DNA of 64,000 bases from Malacoraja senta (lineage: Eukaryota): positions 4,650,001 through 4,714,000 of the forward strand of contig CM075991.1 in assembly GCA_038087875.1 (NCBI GenBank), in the 5' to 3' direction. Made by a program: the position numbers and the translations under genes. The notes under the pieces were generated by a model. That model did not search any database, was not told the DNA's origin, and worked only from the letters and a program-made list of their open reading frames with translations. Within the stretch, counting starts at the first letter, position 1; every line of letters starts with the position of its first letter. Below, one piece after another: positions 61,591-64,000 of the stretch.

Positions 61591-64000
61591 TGTGAACTAG
61601 TCATTACGCACTCTGCATGGAAGTTAAAATGTCCACTTTAAGCCACTGTGTTTCTGCATTTATACTTCAGGGAGTCCACACAATTTCCAATTTGGCTGTA
61701 AAATCTTTAACAATGACGTGGTTTAACTAATTTACCTTTTAAATTGTTTATTGGTCTCGAAGTCTGAGCCAATGGGTTCTACGCCAGTTTTGTACCACTG
61801 TTGTGCATCTTATCTCTCAGTAAGGTCTAATTAAGAGAGCAGACTACGAGCTGACAAATTTTTGGACCCATTGATTTTTATCTGTTCGCCAAGTAATTCC
61901 TTTTTATGCTTTTGCCTTTCGCCCATCACAGACATTTCCATTTGTTCATTCCTCCCTTCTCTCCTCTCATTGCATCAATCATTTTGATTTTAGATTTTGT
62001 TTGCTTTTCTGACAATTATTTATGCAATTGTTTCTCTTTCGCTATTCATCCCATTTTGTTTTTGAGTCTGCCACCCCATCTCAGATATTCGATTAAGCTT
62101 TGGGTAAATCTATGCTTTTCTACATCATGGTTCACCATCTATTTTCTTTTGTCTAACTGCCACCTTGGTTTAATGCCAGCTTTGCTTGATGGAGGATGAG
62201 TTTCATTTTTAAAGAACAGGATGTTCTATTATATTTTTCAAAATCTTTTACAAAATATATTGCAAACCTAACAAAAAAAAAGTTTTTTATCTGTGTATTA
62301 GAAGGAAATATTCAACTTCCCATAATCATGGTGTCAGGGTATGTGGCATCAACTTGATGCATTCCATGACTGAAAATTTATCTTCAAGAACTATGTAATT
62401 AAAATACAGATTGACATCTGGTAGTATTATTTAGTCAATAATTTTATTTGAATTTAAATTGAATGGAAAACTGTGCAAAGGAGGAATTGTCCTGAGGGCT
62501 AGAAACTTTGTTTTTATCTTTAAAGGGTTTACCTTTGGATCAGGAAGTAGAAAGGATGTTGGCTTGTCTTCGAGAGCACCTTCTCTTGTTTTCCTTGTTC
62601 CTCAGCCAGACGTGTAATTAATTAAAGATTAAATTGATTTGGACCTTGTATAAGCTTATCACATCTCCAATTAAAGTTGGGCTTTAATTTCAAATGAACC
62701 ATTGTTACCTTCTGACTTGAGATTTAAGCATGCAACCTGTCTGGTCTGGCTCATTACAGTTTAAAATCCCAGTGTACTTGAAGTCACTATGTAATTAATT
62801 CATTGTTTCCTGTCGGTGTACTTGAAGGAAATTCTAGAAATGACCAGAGCTACAAAACATCATAAATCTGGCGGCTGTTATTTCACTTTCAATGCTGAAA
62901 ATGGAAATTAGTTTGGCTCTATTTTGCCTCTTTTCTATTTATTGTATCAGTTTTTCGATGGGATTTTGGATGGTGATTTGTATTCTTCAGAAAAGGACAC
63001 CAATGATAACTGCTAATTTCCTCAATTATTAGTTAATGAGATATTTGTGGACCATGACCCCACTGCTGCACATCAGGGCAATGTTTTGCAGGCAGTCGCC
63101 TACCTAATTTTTCTCTGGAGATTTTCATTCTTCAGCTTCCAGCCTTATCACCCAACCACAATCAACTTGCTCTGACTTCTGCAAGATCCACAGGCAGGAC
63201 TGCCTCACAGACCTGTTGTTTCAGGGTTTTCTTGTCACATGGAACTTTTCTTTGGACCTTGATTTTATTTTTTCTTCCTTCTGATCCTGTTTGTATCTGA
63301 CTGTTCTGTTGACCTTCATTATCAATTTCTTGTTCCAGCTGCCTCATTTTTAATCATGGGTGACAAATCCTTTCTGCATTCACAACCAGGGTGCCTTCAT
63401 TGTTTTTGCTTTTCATTGAACAGACGCCCCTACCAGTTTAATTTTTACCATCACCCTCCTTCATCTGAATAAACCTATGTCCACAATGAACAAATTATTT
63501 GACTTCACTCACTTTATTAAACTCTTCCATCCCTTTTTTTAAAACAACTTCTCCACCTGCATCTCAGATAAAAGGTAAATGACCATATCCTTTATACGTC
63601 CGCAGACTTTCATAGGTATGTTGATTACACTCCATCCACCCTGCTTCCTGAAGGGTTTTATTCCTTCTCAGTCTCTGGCTCAGTTGAATCTCTTCTTGTG
63701 ATGTTACCTTCAAAGATATCTTTTTCTTAATTGTGGCTTTCATCCACCATAGGTACCATGCTCCATTTGCTGTGATTCTGCTGTCACTCTCTTCCCAACC
63801 TAGTAGGGGTTTCCTTGACCTTCTCTTCCACCACAACACTCTGCAGATTCAATAGATTCTCCTCTTTAGTTACTGCCATACTCAATTAATGTCACCACTA
63901 AACTGATATTTCCCTCCTCTGTCCTCTCCTTTAAGCATTCTTGAGGGACCCTACCCTCCATGGGCTTCATTCTTTAATTCTCATCAATACCCATCCTCTT

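Noticed and set aside
25213..64000. Downstream PEBP4 exons (DPDAP / WRHW motifs)
   Set aside because: Not found by eye. They probably lie beyond the window, but a short exon could have been missed; tblastn would settle it.

Overview
This is eukaryotic, repeat-rich vertebrate DNA. The repeat inventory (HE1/V-SINE, HER1/CR1-like LINEs, Penelope-derived short elements) points to a cartilaginous fish, probably a skate or ray; that assignment is inference. The only intact host coding sequence I can support is the 5' part of PEBP4 on the + strand: a CpG-rich promoter near 14.7-14.9 kb, exon 1 ending at 14930, exon 2 at 18377-18505 with a GC donor, and exon 3 at 25080-25212. I did not find the next exon (DPDAP..WRHW) by eye, so everything after 25.2 kb is probably one long intron. 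Upstream, on the - strand, there are decayed exon-like blocks with RGS-domain-like motifs, possibly a pseudogene sharing the promoter. The rest is mobile DNA. It includes a DIRS1-type tyrosine-recombinase retrotransposon with both ends, ITRs and ICR (37204-41907) and a 2.8-kb tandem duplication covering its 5' half. It also includes a 3.8-kb non-autonomous Helitron, a head-to-tail array of three Helitron units full of G-rich tracts, and Penelope fragments with minimal hammerhead-ribozyme motifs. A HERO-like RLE element, CR1, Rex1 and L1/Tx1 LINE fragments, a Harbinger MITE and a solo LTR complete the set. I see no convincing evidence of a wholly new system. The best leads are the putative intron in the DIRS leader, the Helitron concatemer, the hammerhead-bounded Penelope insertions and the RGS-like pseudogene with its bidirectional promoter.
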